From the IMG/VR virus record IMGVR_UViG_3300025695_000009: a stretch of DNA of 64,000 nucleotides. The stretch is one strand, 5' to 3'. Under the pieces are notes generated by a model. The model did not search any database. It was not told the origin of the DNA and saw only the letters and a program-made list of their open reading frames with translations. The stretch is from an uncultured virus (IMG/VR IMGVR_UViG_3300025695_000009) (Duplodnaviria > Heunggongvirae > Uroviricota > Caudoviricetes). A program made the translations under genes and the position numbers. Below, in pieces: positions 48,021 to 58,108 of the stretch (the stretch's first letter is position 1; each line of letters opens with the position of its first letter).

Positions 48021-48638
48021 TTATTTGTTTTTGTTATTATTTTTTAATAAATCCCTTCTTTTTGTTAATACCTCAATAATCCTGCCCAACTGTTCTGTGT
48101 CGGTCTCGTGCATTATTTGGTTTAAGATATTACTATTGTATTTTATATCCCCCAACTTAGATTCGTTAATCTCCACCTCATCAGTAATTTCCTCAATACT
48201 ATCAATATTCACTTCAGAGTCCCACGTATCTAAAATATCTTTACGGTAAAAATCACCATACTCGTAAATATACAACATATCATCACCAAAAAAGTCAGTT
48301 TGTAATATCTCCTTAGCATATACCTCACTATACGATTCAATATTATACGTATATAAATCAGCAACCGCTTGACTATATCTCTCCTCACCCGACACTTTAT
48401 ATTTTTTAAGTACAGGTTCCACATATTTGGATGGGTCCGTTTCACCACTTTTAAACAAATCAATGTTTTTATCTATCAACTCAAATAAGTAAGATTTAAT
48501 CGGACTATTCACATAGTCAGTTTCAATATACCTCAACTTCTTAAAAGGAAAGTTATTAACCCAATCACCATCAAGGTCTGGCTTAGCGATGTTAAGTACA
48601 AACTTAACTACTACATTTTTATCGAACTTCTTACTCAT
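48021..48638 (-). CDS. hypothetical protein; paralog of 45821..46396
   Basis: shared motifs; INES linker. Confidence 0.7.
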   Translation of the reverse strand: MSKKFDKNVVVKFVLNIAKPDLDGDWVNNFPFKKLRYIETDYVNSPIKSYLFELIDKNIDLFKSGETDPSKYVEPVLKKYKVSGEERYSQAVADLYTYNIESYSEVYAKEILQTDFFGDDMLYIYEYGDFYRKDILDTWDSEVNIDSIEEITDEVEINESKLGDIKYNSNILNQIMHETDTEQLGRIIEVLTKRRDLLKNNNKNK

Positions 48639-48641
48639 AAC

Positions 48642-48884
48642 TTACTTTTGGTTTTTTGATTTAAATCTATTAGATGGTGAGGTCTTACTATGTTTGGTCT
48701 TTCTACCTTTTACTCTTTCTCTCCATAGTTTGAATGATGATTCTTTTAAATGTGTTCTCATAATCTTACGAACATCATTTTCCTTAATACCGAATTGGAA
48801 CTCTATTGCTTCGAAAGGTGTTCTATCCTCCCAAGCCATTTCAATTATTCTATCGATATCTCTAAAATCATCACTATACACCAT
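48642..48884 (-). CDS. TIGR03643/DUF2805 family protein
   Basis: RIIEMAWEDRTPFEAI..QFG...SF.LWR.RV.GR.TKH. Confidence 0.85.
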   Translation of the reverse strand: MVYSDDFRDIDRIIEMAWEDRTPFEAIEFQFGIKENDVRKIMRTHLKESSFKLWRERVKGRKTKHSKTSPSNRFKSKNQK

Positions 48885-48899
48885 ATATTAGTAAATATA

Positions 48900-49298
48900 T
48901 TAAACCAGACTTTTACGTACGTTCCTCTTTCTAAACCAACTTTTAGTATATAAAGTAACCGTAGTGATAATACCAATACCAATTAAAAAGAATAGTCCCG
49001 TATAGTTGGTACCCGTAAAGAACTCATAAGTCAATAACGTCCATCCCATTATATATCCGAACCATAAGACCAACCATACACCATCAGGTATCCTTTTAGT
49101 CTTCTCCTCAATCTTATCAACCTGCTCATCATGCACCACTCTACTTAACGCATCCTGTAAGTCTTTACCATACGCAGGGATTAAATCAGTCTCACCATTG
49201 GTGAACTCAATCTTAATTTCATATTTACTCCACCCGTCAAACGTAATACTCTCTTTACGTAACTCCGCATGAATTACTCTCTTCATCGTCCTTTTCAT
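48900..49298 (-). CDS. membrane protein
   Basis: PAYGKDLQDALSR plus two TM helices. Confidence 0.7.
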   Translation of the reverse strand: MKRTMKRVIHAELRKESITFDGWSKYEIKIEFTNGETDLIPAYGKDLQDALSRVVHDEQVDKIEEKTKRIPDGVWLVLWFGYIMGWTLLTYEFFTGTNYTGLFFLIGIGIITTVTLYTKSWFRKRNVRKSLV

Positions 49299-49304
49299 AT
49301 TCTG

Positions 49305-49523
49305 TTAATATAAATTACTTTTTATAACTTTCTTTACTATCATCTGTGATGTTGGTGATACACCAAACTTTCTTTCCCCATATATTTCATTACAGGTATT
49401 CATCACATACTTCGGGTCATACTCCTGATGTACATCCTCATACATCAATGGATACCATTTTGTTTCGTATCCGTCATCTGAGAAGGTCACCCAAGCCATC
49501 TCTCTAAAAAAATCAATAACCAA
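49305..49523 (-). CDS. hypothetical protein
   Basis: ORF in operon. Confidence 0.55.
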   Translation of the reverse strand: MVIDFFREMAWVTFSDDGYETKWYPLMYEDVHQEYDPKYVMNTCNEIYGERKFGVSPTSQMIVKKVIKSNLY

Positions 49524-49884
49524 AATAGTAGTTTATTATTTTACAATCAGAACTCAATCCTGTCAAATCAGGAAATGTAACATCACCTATCTGATTGTCG
49601 TTAATATGCGATATGTGAATCTCAGTGAATTGTTTAACATACTTCTCATATGTCTTCTTACCTCCAATACACCAATCACACGTAATATCAAAAACATCCC
49701 GTTGGTCCACAATAACATCACGACCCTTCAACGTTGGTAATCCTTTATTGGTATTGTAACCAACCAAACACCTACCACCTAAAGTCATTTCCTTAAAGTG
49801 TTTCAAATCTTCTTTGTTATGCCATATCAATTCGTCACCTCTACCAATGAACCCCAAATTGTTAACCGCAACTATCGCCCTCAT
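49513..49884 (-). CDS. folA: dihydrofolate reductase (compact)
   Basis: IVAV...G.IG...L.W...DL.HFK..T, L.GR, IGG...Y, GD..FP. Confidence 0.75.
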   Translation of the reverse strand: MRAIVAVNNLGFIGRGDELIWHNKEDLKHFKEMTLGGRCLVGYNTNKGLPTLKGRDVIVDQRDVFDITCDWCIGGKKTYEKYVKQFTEIHISHINDNQIGDVTFPDLTGLSSDCKIINYYFGY

Positions 49885-49885
49885 A

Positions 49886-50344
49886 TTAGAAGTTTCCCTC
49901 GTTGACCTGCATACAGGATAAACCGTTGTCTCTCCACATCTTCACTACCTTATCTCTATCATCAAACACACATAAGATATCTTCTTTGTTAGGGAACAAA
50001 TCGTCCAACCATTTTTTCTTTAAGTCATCATCCGGCATGAACATAAACTCTTTACTGGTAGGTCGCATCTTTAATATATCAAATGGTACATTGAAATTAT
50101 TTAACCATTGTTTAGTGGCGTCTTTAGTCGCTTTACTACGACCTGAAAAGATTACAATTCTATGTCCCGACTCTTTTAATAATCTCGCCATAACAATCAC
50201 AGGAGTATTTGGTAAATCCAAATCAATATTCTTAGGGTCAAAAAAGACATCCCAATCCATCTTACCATTTTCCTTTGTTGATAATTGTCTTCTCTCCTCG
50301 ATATCCGCTATCGTACCATCTAAATCAAAAATTACTGTTTTCAT
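49886..50344 (-). CDS. HAD phosphatase resembling the T4 PNK 3'-phosphatase domain
   Basis: FDLDGT, FSGR, T..WL, MRP, D...K, FDDR..VV.MWR..GL...QV..G.F; TATATTTG at 50366-50373 (minus). Confidence 0.8.
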   Translation of the reverse strand: MKTVIFDLDGTIADIEERRQLSTKENGKMDWDVFFDPKNIDLDLPNTPVIVMARLLKESGHRIVIFSGRSKATKDATKQWLNNFNVPFDILKMRPTSKEFMFMPDDDLKKKWLDDLFPNKEDILCVFDDRDKVVKMWRDNGLSCMQVNEGNF

Positions 50345-50412
50345 ACTACTTTTTATTGTTCCATACAAATATAACACATATTTTTCACATTATAAAAAGA
50401 AACCTAAAACTT

Positions 50413-51780
50413 TTAATTAATATCCCTCTCAAAATAATATGTATCCACTCCTCGACCAACTATCGTAACCCTTTCACCTAAGTCTTTAATGAACGAATCG
50501 AATAATCGTTCCCTATCATCTTTAGTATAAAATAAATTTATATAATCCGTTGAAAATATGTTTGAGATGTTTATAAGATTATCACCATTTGTAAGTTCAC
50601 TAATTATTGGTCCGTAGTCTTCAATTATATTCGTATGTATGAAACTAATATTTAGTGTTCTAAATTTAGTTAAGTAGTCTTTGAAAGATTTCTCACCACC
50701 TAAGTATTCATATAACTCTTTAATGTGATTATTTAAATTCTCTGATGGGATTTCACCATTAAATAATGGTTCCACTCTTTTACCTATTAAATTAATTTCT
50801 TTTGGTCCCTGTTTTATTAATTGAATAATGTCAGTATCTTTACTACCCATTAAATATTCATACCATTCAATACTTCTCACATTATAATCATAGAATACTA
50901 TCTCTGACTCATCATCAATTAGGTTTGAATGAACCAAATCTAAGAATTTAAATCCAGCACACGGTAAGAATACTTTTTCATATTTCTTACCATTTGCCTT
51001 TTTAAGTATTGTCAATTCTTCAGTATTAAAAATCCACACACCTGGGTTTGGATTTAATACCATATAAAGTAATTGTTTTTTGGTGTAGTCAATATTATCC
51101 GTACATTCTTTGTTTTGAATTAAACTATAAAACTTATCCGAATTATATTCAGGGTAACAATAAGACTTCATACTACGTATTTCATAGGTAAACGGAGATA
51201 CCTCAAACCCCATACTCAATAACCCATTTAACATTGACCACCCATATCTAAGTGGTGAGTCTGAAATATAGTCATCACCACCCTTTTTAACCCATATTGG
51301 AGTATAATCATCATGAAAGTTATCATCAGAACGCTCAATATTTGTAAGAGTATTATGAATATCACCCTCTAACCCAAATGATGGTCTACCTGATTTCAAC
51401 CAATGTTTTGTTCTAATGACCACGAACTGTGGGTGTACTTCATACCACTCATCTTTGCGGTCCAATATATGCCCCATCATAGATAAATTTTCATTCTCAT
51501 CGAACTGAGAAATTATTTTATCCATAATATGTTTTGAGTTATAGATACGATTACCCGAAGACATTAAAATTATGAAATCAGATGTACCCGTTAGAGTCTC
51601 TAACCCTTCATCAAACGTATTAGAGTGAGTCACATCATATACATGTAAAGGATTTTGTGACATTCTATTAATATAGAAGTCAGTGAAATCCCTCATCTTA
51701 ATAGATAACTTATCGTTTTTAATCCTATAATTGTGTGAGTGTATTACCGATATCTTATATTTGATACGTTTATGACTCAT
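50413..51780 (-). CDS. hypothetical protein (GT-like N-terminus, methyltransferase-like C-terminus possible)
   Basis: GHILD, HPQ, HDDYTP.W; VFYDYN, SNIF. Confidence 0.6.
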   Translation of the reverse strand: MSHKRIKYKISVIHSHNYRIKNDKLSIKMRDFTDFYINRMSQNPLHVYDVTHSNTFDEGLETLTGTSDFIILMSSGNRIYNSKHIMDKIISQFDENENLSMMGHILDRKDEWYEVHPQFVVIRTKHWLKSGRPSFGLEGDIHNTLTNIERSDDNFHDDYTPIWVKKGGDDYISDSPLRYGWSMLNGLLSMGFEVSPFTYEIRSMKSYCYPEYNSDKFYSLIQNKECTDNIDYTKKQLLYMVLNPNPGVWIFNTEELTILKKANGKKYEKVFLPCAGFKFLDLVHSNLIDDESEIVFYDYNVRSIEWYEYLMGSKDTDIIQLIKQGPKEINLIGKRVEPLFNGEIPSENLNNHIKELYEYLGGEKSFKDYLTKFRTLNISFIHTNIIEDYGPIISELTNGDNLINISNIFSTDYINLFYTKDDRERLFDSFIKDLGERVTIVGRGVDTYYFERDIN

Positions 51781-51876
51781 TAATCCTCCACTGTGTTTTC
51801 ACCAATTTTAGATGGGTAACTTATCCAATCATCAACACCGTCCTCTAATATATCTCCGTAGTAGTCATCCATATCC

Positions 51877-52104
51877 TTATCCTAAATTAAAATTTTCCTC
51901 TAACTCAGAAATTAATGTCTTAATCTGCTCTTTGTTTAAAGTGATGTGAGTGAAAAATGGGTCTTGTGACCTCATAGTGATTTGTAACTTCATTCCTTCC
52001 ATACCTCCACTGAAACGAGTTAAAGACATTTCCGTATCCTCTAATACCCCTTCACTCTTAGTGTTGAAGAATTGACCCTTAATTGATTTTAGTTCTGTTG
52101 ACAT
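51877..52104 (-). CDS. hypothetical (early) protein
   Basis: LTRFSGG...LQIT; TTG-N20-TATCTTTG at 52127-52157 (minus). Confidence 0.7.
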   Translation of the reverse strand: MSTELKSIKGQFFNTKSEGVLEDTEMSLTRFSGGMEGMKLQITMRSQDPFFTHITLNKEQIKTLISELEENFNLG

Positions 52105-52207
52105 ACCGTTTATTTTTTGTTCACTACAAAGATAAACAATTTTTTGATTTATGACAACTAATTACCTTAATTTAATTTCAAATCATATCTTGTTTCACTA
52201 TGCTTTC

Positions 52208-52777
52208 CTATAACTTGACCTTTATGTTCTCAGTACCTGGCGATGTTAAATGGATACTACTATCTACTGTTATATTACTTCTATTCTCATCCTGCTCCCA
52301 AAACTCATGTCTTATAACCTGAATTATATCATACGCTTCTCTACATGATTCATCAACATTAGGATTGTGTATTCCCCAACTACCATTCCTACCAATTTCA
52401 GTGTCATTATATAACATATTTCTTGGTTGAACTAACACATTGTCGACAGAATCTCTAACTGCATGGTATCTCTCATAATCGGTAGTGTACTCAATCTTAT
52501 CAATATCTGTCCACTTTTTAACCTCTTCACCATTTCCCCAGCTTCCTTTAGTTTTTATCCATTTATATTTTGGACCAACTTCTACAACTTCACCTCTCAT
52601 TGTTCTATCACCCACTTTAAAAGGACCGCTACCTAAAGCAAACTCTTTATGTAAATGTTTTTCAAATGTTGGATGTTCTTTAATTACGTTGAATTGACCA
52701 ATACCAACTCTACTATAAAAATCTAATGCTCGTTGGATTAATCTTAATTGTTCGTTGTTTAATTCTATTGTTGCCAT
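52208..52777 (-). CDS. hypothetical protein
   Basis: ALDFYSRVGIGQF...AYDI.QVIRH. Confidence 0.7.
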   Translation of the reverse strand: MATIELNNEQLRLIQRALDFYSRVGIGQFNVIKEHPTFEKHLHKEFALGSGPFKVGDRTMRGEVVEVGPKYKWIKTKGSWGNGEEVKKWTDIDKIEYTTDYERYHAVRDSVDNVLVQPRNMLYNDTEIGRNGSWGIHNPNVDESCREAYDIIQVIRHEFWEQDENRSNITVDSSIHLTSPGTENIKVKL

Positions 52778-52782
52778 AATTT

Positions 52783-53169
52783 TTATCTTAATTTAACGTT
52801 AAATCTGTCTTCCATTTTTTGTAAACTTTCTTCTGGTACTCCATGTTCATTTACACCACCATGTCTGTTTTCAACAATTAGTGAATAAACTCTGTACCCA
52901 TACTTTTCTGCAAGTTCAAAATATGGTTTCATTTCCCATTCTTGGGTGAATGTGTTTGAAACTACTATTTTTTCTCCTAAAGCCATTGCTAATTCGGTAT
53001 TGGATTGGCACCAATTATGTGCCCTTTTAAGTTTATCCGCATCGAATTTATATTCACCCTCTGAATCTATGAAGTACATATCGGCTTCTAAATGTTTACC
53101 TCCTAATGATTTTGCTAATGTTGATTTACCACTACCTGGTAATCCTCTTAATAAGAATAACTCTTTCAT
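52783..53169 (-). CDS. P-loop kinase (AAA_33, PNK kinase-like)
   Basis: LRGLPGSGKSTLA, EAD.YF, AH.WCQ, VSNTF, HGVP. Confidence 0.85.
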   Translation of the reverse strand: MKELFLLRGLPGSGKSTLAKSLGGKHLEADMYFIDSEGEYKFDADKLKRAHNWCQSNTELAMALGEKIVVSNTFTQEWEMKPYFELAEKYGYRVYSLIVENRHGGVNEHGVPEESLQKMEDRFNVKLR

Positions 53170-53172
53170 AAT

Positions 53173-54180
53173 TTATAATTTTCTAAATTCTGGTTTAATA
53201 ATTCTCCATAAGGTTTCTGAGTAATCTGAACCATCTAACATCTTAAAAAGAAGTTGTGGATATTTGTATCTTTTTGCTAGTTTCGCAAATTCAGCTCTAT
53301 CATTTATTAGATGTCCCATTTTATTAAAAATCCAAACATATTCAGTCTCTAACATAATGTATTGGTGTTTTAATTCTTCTACATATTCTTCGATTTTATT
53401 GAAGAACTCATCTGGTACATCTTCTAATATTTTATAAATATCATTTCCACTACTCAGACATTCCCATACAGATTTAGTTGAGATTTCTGTCATAATCTTA
53501 TGAAGTCTAATATATTCTTCACCTTTGATTTTACATCTATCTCCATTTGAGAACTTAACTACAAATCCTTCTCTATTTTTACCTATATTTTGTTTTAAGT
53601 ATTTGTAATTCTTAATGTTATTGTAATTTTTAACAACATCATATCCATTCTTTCTAAATTGGTCTAACGAATATTCTTCACCTGATTTGGTTCCGATTCT
53701 ACCTAATAAAACTAATCTCTCTGAACCTGCGTAATCTACAACAATTCTGTTTTCTGGATAGATGATTTCAAACATATAGGTTGAATCTTTAGAAAAATGA
53801 GATTGTTGAAAATTATCCTTAAACATCTCACCACCTTTAATTGCCTGCTCAGAAGTAAAAGAACCTCTACTTGCAAAAATCCATTTACCGTCATAGTAAA
53901 ATGCAATACCTAAAGAACCATCCATTTTCTCATATACTTCAAACTCATCAGTTATTGTATGTTTCCCCTCCTCAATATTAAAGAACTTTTTAAATGGTCT
54001 TGCAACTATATTACCCATTTCATCGGTAACCAATCCTCTACATTGTAGAGTAATTTCATCCCACTTACCTTCATATTGAGTCGCCTGAGAATAGTTCCAT
54101 ATTGTTAATGGAAGAGTTAGATGAGTTTGTTTAATCAACCATCCCTCGTCATAATACTTCTCTAATAACTCTAAGTTCAT
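53173..54180 (-). CDS. RNA ligase 1 (T4 Rnl1-like)
   Basis: CRGL, RPFKKFFN, EKMDGSL, SRGSF, FEII...NRIV, EGFV, KIK...Y; TATATTTG at 54196-54203 (minus). Confidence 0.9.
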   Translation of the reverse strand: MNLELLEKYYDEGWLIKQTHLTLPLTIWNYSQATQYEGKWDEITLQCRGLVTDEMGNIVARPFKKFFNIEEGKHTITDEFEVYEKMDGSLGIAFYYDGKWIFASRGSFTSEQAIKGGEMFKDNFQQSHFSKDSTYMFEIIYPENRIVVDYAGSERLVLLGRIGTKSGEEYSLDQFRKNGYDVVKNYNNIKNYKYLKQNIGKNREGFVVKFSNGDRCKIKGEEYIRLHKIMTEISTKSVWECLSSGNDIYKILEDVPDEFFNKIEEYVEELKHQYIMLETEYVWIFNKMGHLINDRAEFAKLAKRYKYPQLLFKMLDGSDYSETLWRIIKPEFRKL

Positions 54181-54227
54181 TTTGTAATGTTTCTGCAAAT
54201 ATAAGGGAAAAAAAGTGGGTTTAAAGA

Positions 54228-55139
54228 CTATTTTACGATTTTTTTGTAAGTTCCGTCATTATACTTAATTAAGTATAATTTATTATCCGAAGGAATTACA
54301 TTAATATCTTTTGATATATAACGTCCTCTCCAATCCCAAACACCTATAACTTCTCTTTTAATACTATGTTCTTCTACCCCTAATATAGAACTTCGAACAA
54401 TGAATGTCCATTGAATTCTCTGCGTAGTCATTAAATAACCACTACGGTATTTGTCAATTTGAAATCCATACCCATATCTTCCAAGCGTTGTTCCTACAAA
54501 TGTAATTGAGTCATTATCCGCAAGTACATTACTACCTGTTTGAGTTTGTGGTACGAATACTCCATTTGAATATGATGAGTAAAGGTCTGATAACGTCAGA
54601 TTTACTGAATCGTTTTCTGGATTTGTGAAGTGACAGTTGTAATTTCCCCACACTGGTTTCATTGAATTAACCACATTTGATTCAACATTAACCCAAAGAG
54701 GTTGTTCCATAAATGGTGTTGAACTATTTGGTACGTGCCAGTAATCTGTTGACAATACAAAATCCGATTGATTCGAATTTGTAGAGTTGTTTAACATTGG
54801 CCAACAACAGTTCTTATAGATAAACCTATATTTGTTTGAATCTAAATCCAAATAATCACTACCGTAATTTGCAGTGTTAAATCCTTGATGTGTTGATTGA
54901 TTAATCTTATCTAAGGTAACATAAGAATCGAATGTATACCACCCTTGAGAATCCATCACCCACATTTCAAGTGATACCTGATTCGGTAATGGTGGAAACG
55001 CATCAGCAACCACATACATTCCAATCGATGTAGAGTCCTGTGATGTTTGTGCAACCTGAATAATACCACCCATCATATGAGAGGCATTTGTCACAAATGT
55101 TGTCAAAATTAGTGACAGTGTTAGTAATTGTTTTTTCAT
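54228..55139 (-). CDS. secreted protein with T9SS-type C-terminal sorting-like domain
   Basis: signal peptide then ASHMMGG; CCW; C-terminal LGVEE...D..GR...Y.DG..KK. Confidence 0.65.
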   Translation of the reverse strand: MKKQLLTLSLILTTFVTNASHMMGGIIQVAQTSQDSTSIGMYVVADAFPPLPNQVSLEMWVMDSQGWYTFDSYVTLDKINQSTHQGFNTANYGSDYLDLDSNKYRFIYKNCCWPMLNNSTNSNQSDFVLSTDYWHVPNSSTPFMEQPLWVNVESNVVNSMKPVWGNYNCHFTNPENDSVNLTLSDLYSSYSNGVFVPQTQTGSNVLADNDSITFVGTTLGRYGYGFQIDKYRSGYLMTTQRIQWTFIVRSSILGVEEHSIKREVIGVWDWRGRYISKDINVIPSDNKLYLIKYNDGTYKKIVK

Positions 55140-55363
55140 ATCTATTTATTTTCTTTAGTTACAATTTCTCTTCTCCACCATTTTGAGAATAGAGTCTTTG
55201 GGTTTCGTTTAACATATCTTTCCCCCACCACTAAAACAATGGCGATGAAAGTTGTAAACACAACGTAAACCTCAATCATTAATATTAATTCTTTCATACG
55301 AATCTGTTTAACCAAATGTAAGTCTAATATTTACAAAAACAAATATAACCCTAAATTTATTTT

Positions 55364-55567
55364 ATGATTAAATTAACCACATTATCAGAAACAAAAAGTT
55401 CCGAACTCTATGTGAATCCAGAACTTATATGTTATATTACTAAGACATCCATGTGGGACGCATCGATTAGTGAGAATATTGACCTCACTAAAATATATTT
55501 TAATCAGGAACACTACCTAATGGTAAGTGAAACCCCTGAAGAGATTATAAATCTAATTAAGAGGTAG
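55364..55567 (+). CDS. small FlbD-like protein
   Basis: MIKLT...YVNP..I..I...T.I...V.ETPEEI. Confidence 0.55.
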   Translation: MIKLTTLSETKSSELYVNPELICYITKTSMWDASISENIDLTKIYFNQEHYLMVSETPEEIINLIKR

Positions 55568-56860
55568 TACGTTAAACATTAACTCTACGAACCCCTCATC
55601 ATTAAATCCAAACGAACTAATCTTAGGTTGTAGATACTCTTTGATACAGTCACCAACTTCAGTCTCTATCTCCCACAATTGGTTTTCCTCCATATACTCA
55701 CTGACGTTGAATATATCACCTAAATCGTGTAAGGTACCGTCGAGTAAACTAACATTACTACCACTATCAATTTCAACATTAATTGTTATATATTCTTTAA
55801 CCTCTAAACTTTTAATTCTAAAAATTAAGTCGTACCCTCCACAGAAAAATTCATGAATGCCCGTTTCAGACGCAGTTTCATTAATCTTATCTATAATAAC
55901 CTGTATTCCTCCGATATAGTCAACTTTATGTTGATTAATGTCCTCAACACTACCACGTATATATTTCGACTTATTACTATCCAAACCGTTTCGGTCCCAT
56001 AAATAAGATAATGTTTTCTTTTCAACATCAGAAAGTTGCGAACTCGGTTTTTTGTCCGGCCTTTGGAAGCGCTGAAGAGATTCGTTCAATCCCTCAACAT
56101 CTTTCTCAATTGAATCACCAATAATGTCACTAATGATTATCTGCACATTAGGAATATATCGACCAATGGATACTTCCAACTCACCAATAAAGTTATCGTA
56201 TTCAATCCTTGCACTATTCACATACAGATTAACATTCACAATAGGAACCTCATCATTTGTAAAGCTAATAACATCAATCCTATCTACAGAACTGATTTCA
56301 TCTAACTCATCCATCTCACCTAATCCCATATCGAACGCGTAATCTTGAATCTTTTGAACACCGTTATTAATTAAAGTCTGTATTGTCGATAAATTATTAC
56401 TTTCATTCAATCCCTCAACATCACTACTCTCTACGTTCTGATTTAAATCACCGATAAAGACCATTGGGGTGAATCCTATTGCTGCCGAAACACATAAACG
56501 AGTGTTACCCGATACCAAATGATATCTGTCGTTAAACTTAACGATAAGTGGTCTCTTATAGGTATCCTCCATAAGTTTAAGTCTTAACTTATATGGGTTA
56601 CTCTTACCATACATACTGGCAATATGTATTACCTTCTCAAACTCACCTTCTTCTATTGTGTTTGATTCTGTATTTTCTAGTTTATCCCATATTTCTTTGG
56701 TTAACTCTACGGCTTCTACACCTTTAAATGATTTCTTTACCTCTTTAACCGACACTGGGAAATTATCGTTTCGGGTTATTTGTTGAGACACTCTCTTTAT
56801 CTCATCCATCTCACCCTTTATATCAGGTACACTATTTAATGTATTAACTACCTTATCCAT
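55553..56860 (-). CDS. three-module protein: ParB-like N-domain, middle domain, EKK.L..LW domain
   Basis: RPLIV...HLVSGNTRL; two DVEGLNES linkers. Confidence 0.65.
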   Translation of the reverse strand: MDKVVNTLNSVPDIKGEMDEIKRVSQQITRNDNFPVSVKEVKKSFKGVEAVELTKEIWDKLENTESNTIEEGEFEKVIHIASMYGKSNPYKLRLKLMEDTYKRPLIVKFNDRYHLVSGNTRLCVSAAIGFTPMVFIGDLNQNVESSDVEGLNESNNLSTIQTLINNGVQKIQDYAFDMGLGEMDELDEISSVDRIDVISFTNDEVPIVNVNLYVNSARIEYDNFIGELEVSIGRYIPNVQIIISDIIGDSIEKDVEGLNESLQRFQRPDKKPSSQLSDVEKKTLSYLWDRNGLDSNKSKYIRGSVEDINQHKVDYIGGIQVIIDKINETASETGIHEFFCGGYDLIFRIKSLEVKEYITINVEIDSGSNVSLLDGTLHDLGDIFNVSEYMEENQLWEIETEVGDCIKEYLQPKISSFGFNDEGFVELMFNVLPLN

Positions 56861-56862
56861 TA

Positions 56863-57240
56863 TTAATTGTCTTTATTTCTTAATTGAGTAAATATACTCC
56901 CAAACCTATCCTTTAGACTTTTTACTATATCTATTGGAGTGTATTCTAATGGTGAGTTATATCTATCAGACTCTAATTTATCATAACAATATTTCACCAT
57001 AAAGTGAACATCTTCTTTTGGTAATCTTAAAAAGAATCTTCTACACATTACGTTTATCCTATCTCTTATACGTATAGATGAAATATCATAAAGAAACTCA
57101 TCAGTACACTTACTATCTTTAAACCTATTAAATGTTTCATAGGTCAAAACATACCCCTTACCATTTAACTTAGTATATATCAACCCCTTTAGTATATATA
57201 CATCACATAACACCCTTAATCCACCCTTAGGATATCCCAT
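56863..57240 (-). CDS. hypothetical protein
   Basis: 125-aa ORF in operon. Confidence 0.55.
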   Translation of the reverse strand: MGYPKGGLRVLCDVYILKGLIYTKLNGKGYVLTYETFNRFKDSKCTDEFLYDISSIRIRDRINVMCRRFFLRLPKEDVHFMVKYCYDKLESDRYNSPLEYTPIDIVKSLKDRFGSIFTQLRNKDN

Positions 57241-58048
57241 AGTCTCTCCAACTTTCAGGAACTCTACCGATAGTATCTTTTACTTTCTGAACTGATGGTC
57301 TATATATGTCATACAACATCTCGTATTGAGACTCATCAATATCCGTTAATACTGACTTATCAGATGAATTCTTAATCATAAAAGGTAATTCTTCGTGTCC
57401 AACCTCTAAGTATTTAAATAACTTTGTTAACTCAACACTACGATTCGTCTTAAACTCTTCAGTAATAATATAGTGACAGTTGTCACCAAATACGGATTGT
57501 ATATTATCCAACAATATGTCGTAACGACCTAACTGTATCTTATTCATCGAACTCATCCTATAAGGTTGGTGTTTATCTAAAAAGTAATACCTTTCCAACT
57601 GAAACGATAAGAAACTCTCAAATGTCGTATTCTCATCCATCTCATCCCATATTGAACTGTAATAGTCAGGCGAATACCTACTATAGTCCTCGTCAATCTT
57701 TGACCTCAGTACTGAATTCATAAAAGACCACCACGATAAAAACTTATCAATAGGGTCTCTCATCATAAAGATGTTTTTTACGTCATCCCCACAATAATGT
57801 TTAATCGCCTCTAAATATGTTTTTGAGTTTGAGTGTGTAACACTTTTGTCACCTATAATCTTTTTGTCTTGTCCGTCAATGAAATATTCATTAACCCATA
57901 ACTCAACAGGGGTAGTATAAAAACTACGACTAAAATAATGCGTTTCGTCATCCGTAAAATACATCTCTGAATGATGACTTAGGACTTTCTGTAAGGTAGA
58001 AGTGCCACATTTGGACCCTCCTAAAATAAATGTATTTGGTAGTTTCAT
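57227..58048 (-). CDS. sulfotransferase (heparan-sulfotransferase-like fold)
   Basis: LP.TFILGGSKCGTSTL...L..H, E.HYF, GDKS, RDP....S, G.Y, F.YL; TATTTAT at 58069-58075. Confidence 0.85.
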   Translation of the reverse strand: MKLPNTFILGGSKCGTSTLQKVLSHHSEMYFTDDETHYFSRSFYTTPVELWVNEYFIDGQDKKIIGDKSVTHSNSKTYLEAIKHYCGDDVKNIFMMRDPIDKFLSWWSFMNSVLRSKIDEDYSRYSPDYYSSIWDEMDENTTFESFLSFQLERYYFLDKHQPYRMSSMNKIQLGRYDILLDNIQSVFGDNCHYIITEEFKTNRSVELTKLFKYLEVGHEELPFMIKNSSDKSVLTDIDESQYEMLYDIYRPSVQKVKDTIGRVPESWRDYGIS

Positions 58049-58108
58049 TTAACTGATTATATTATTCCATAAATATAGTCGTTAAATTTTTAATAGTGAA
58101 GTGATTTG

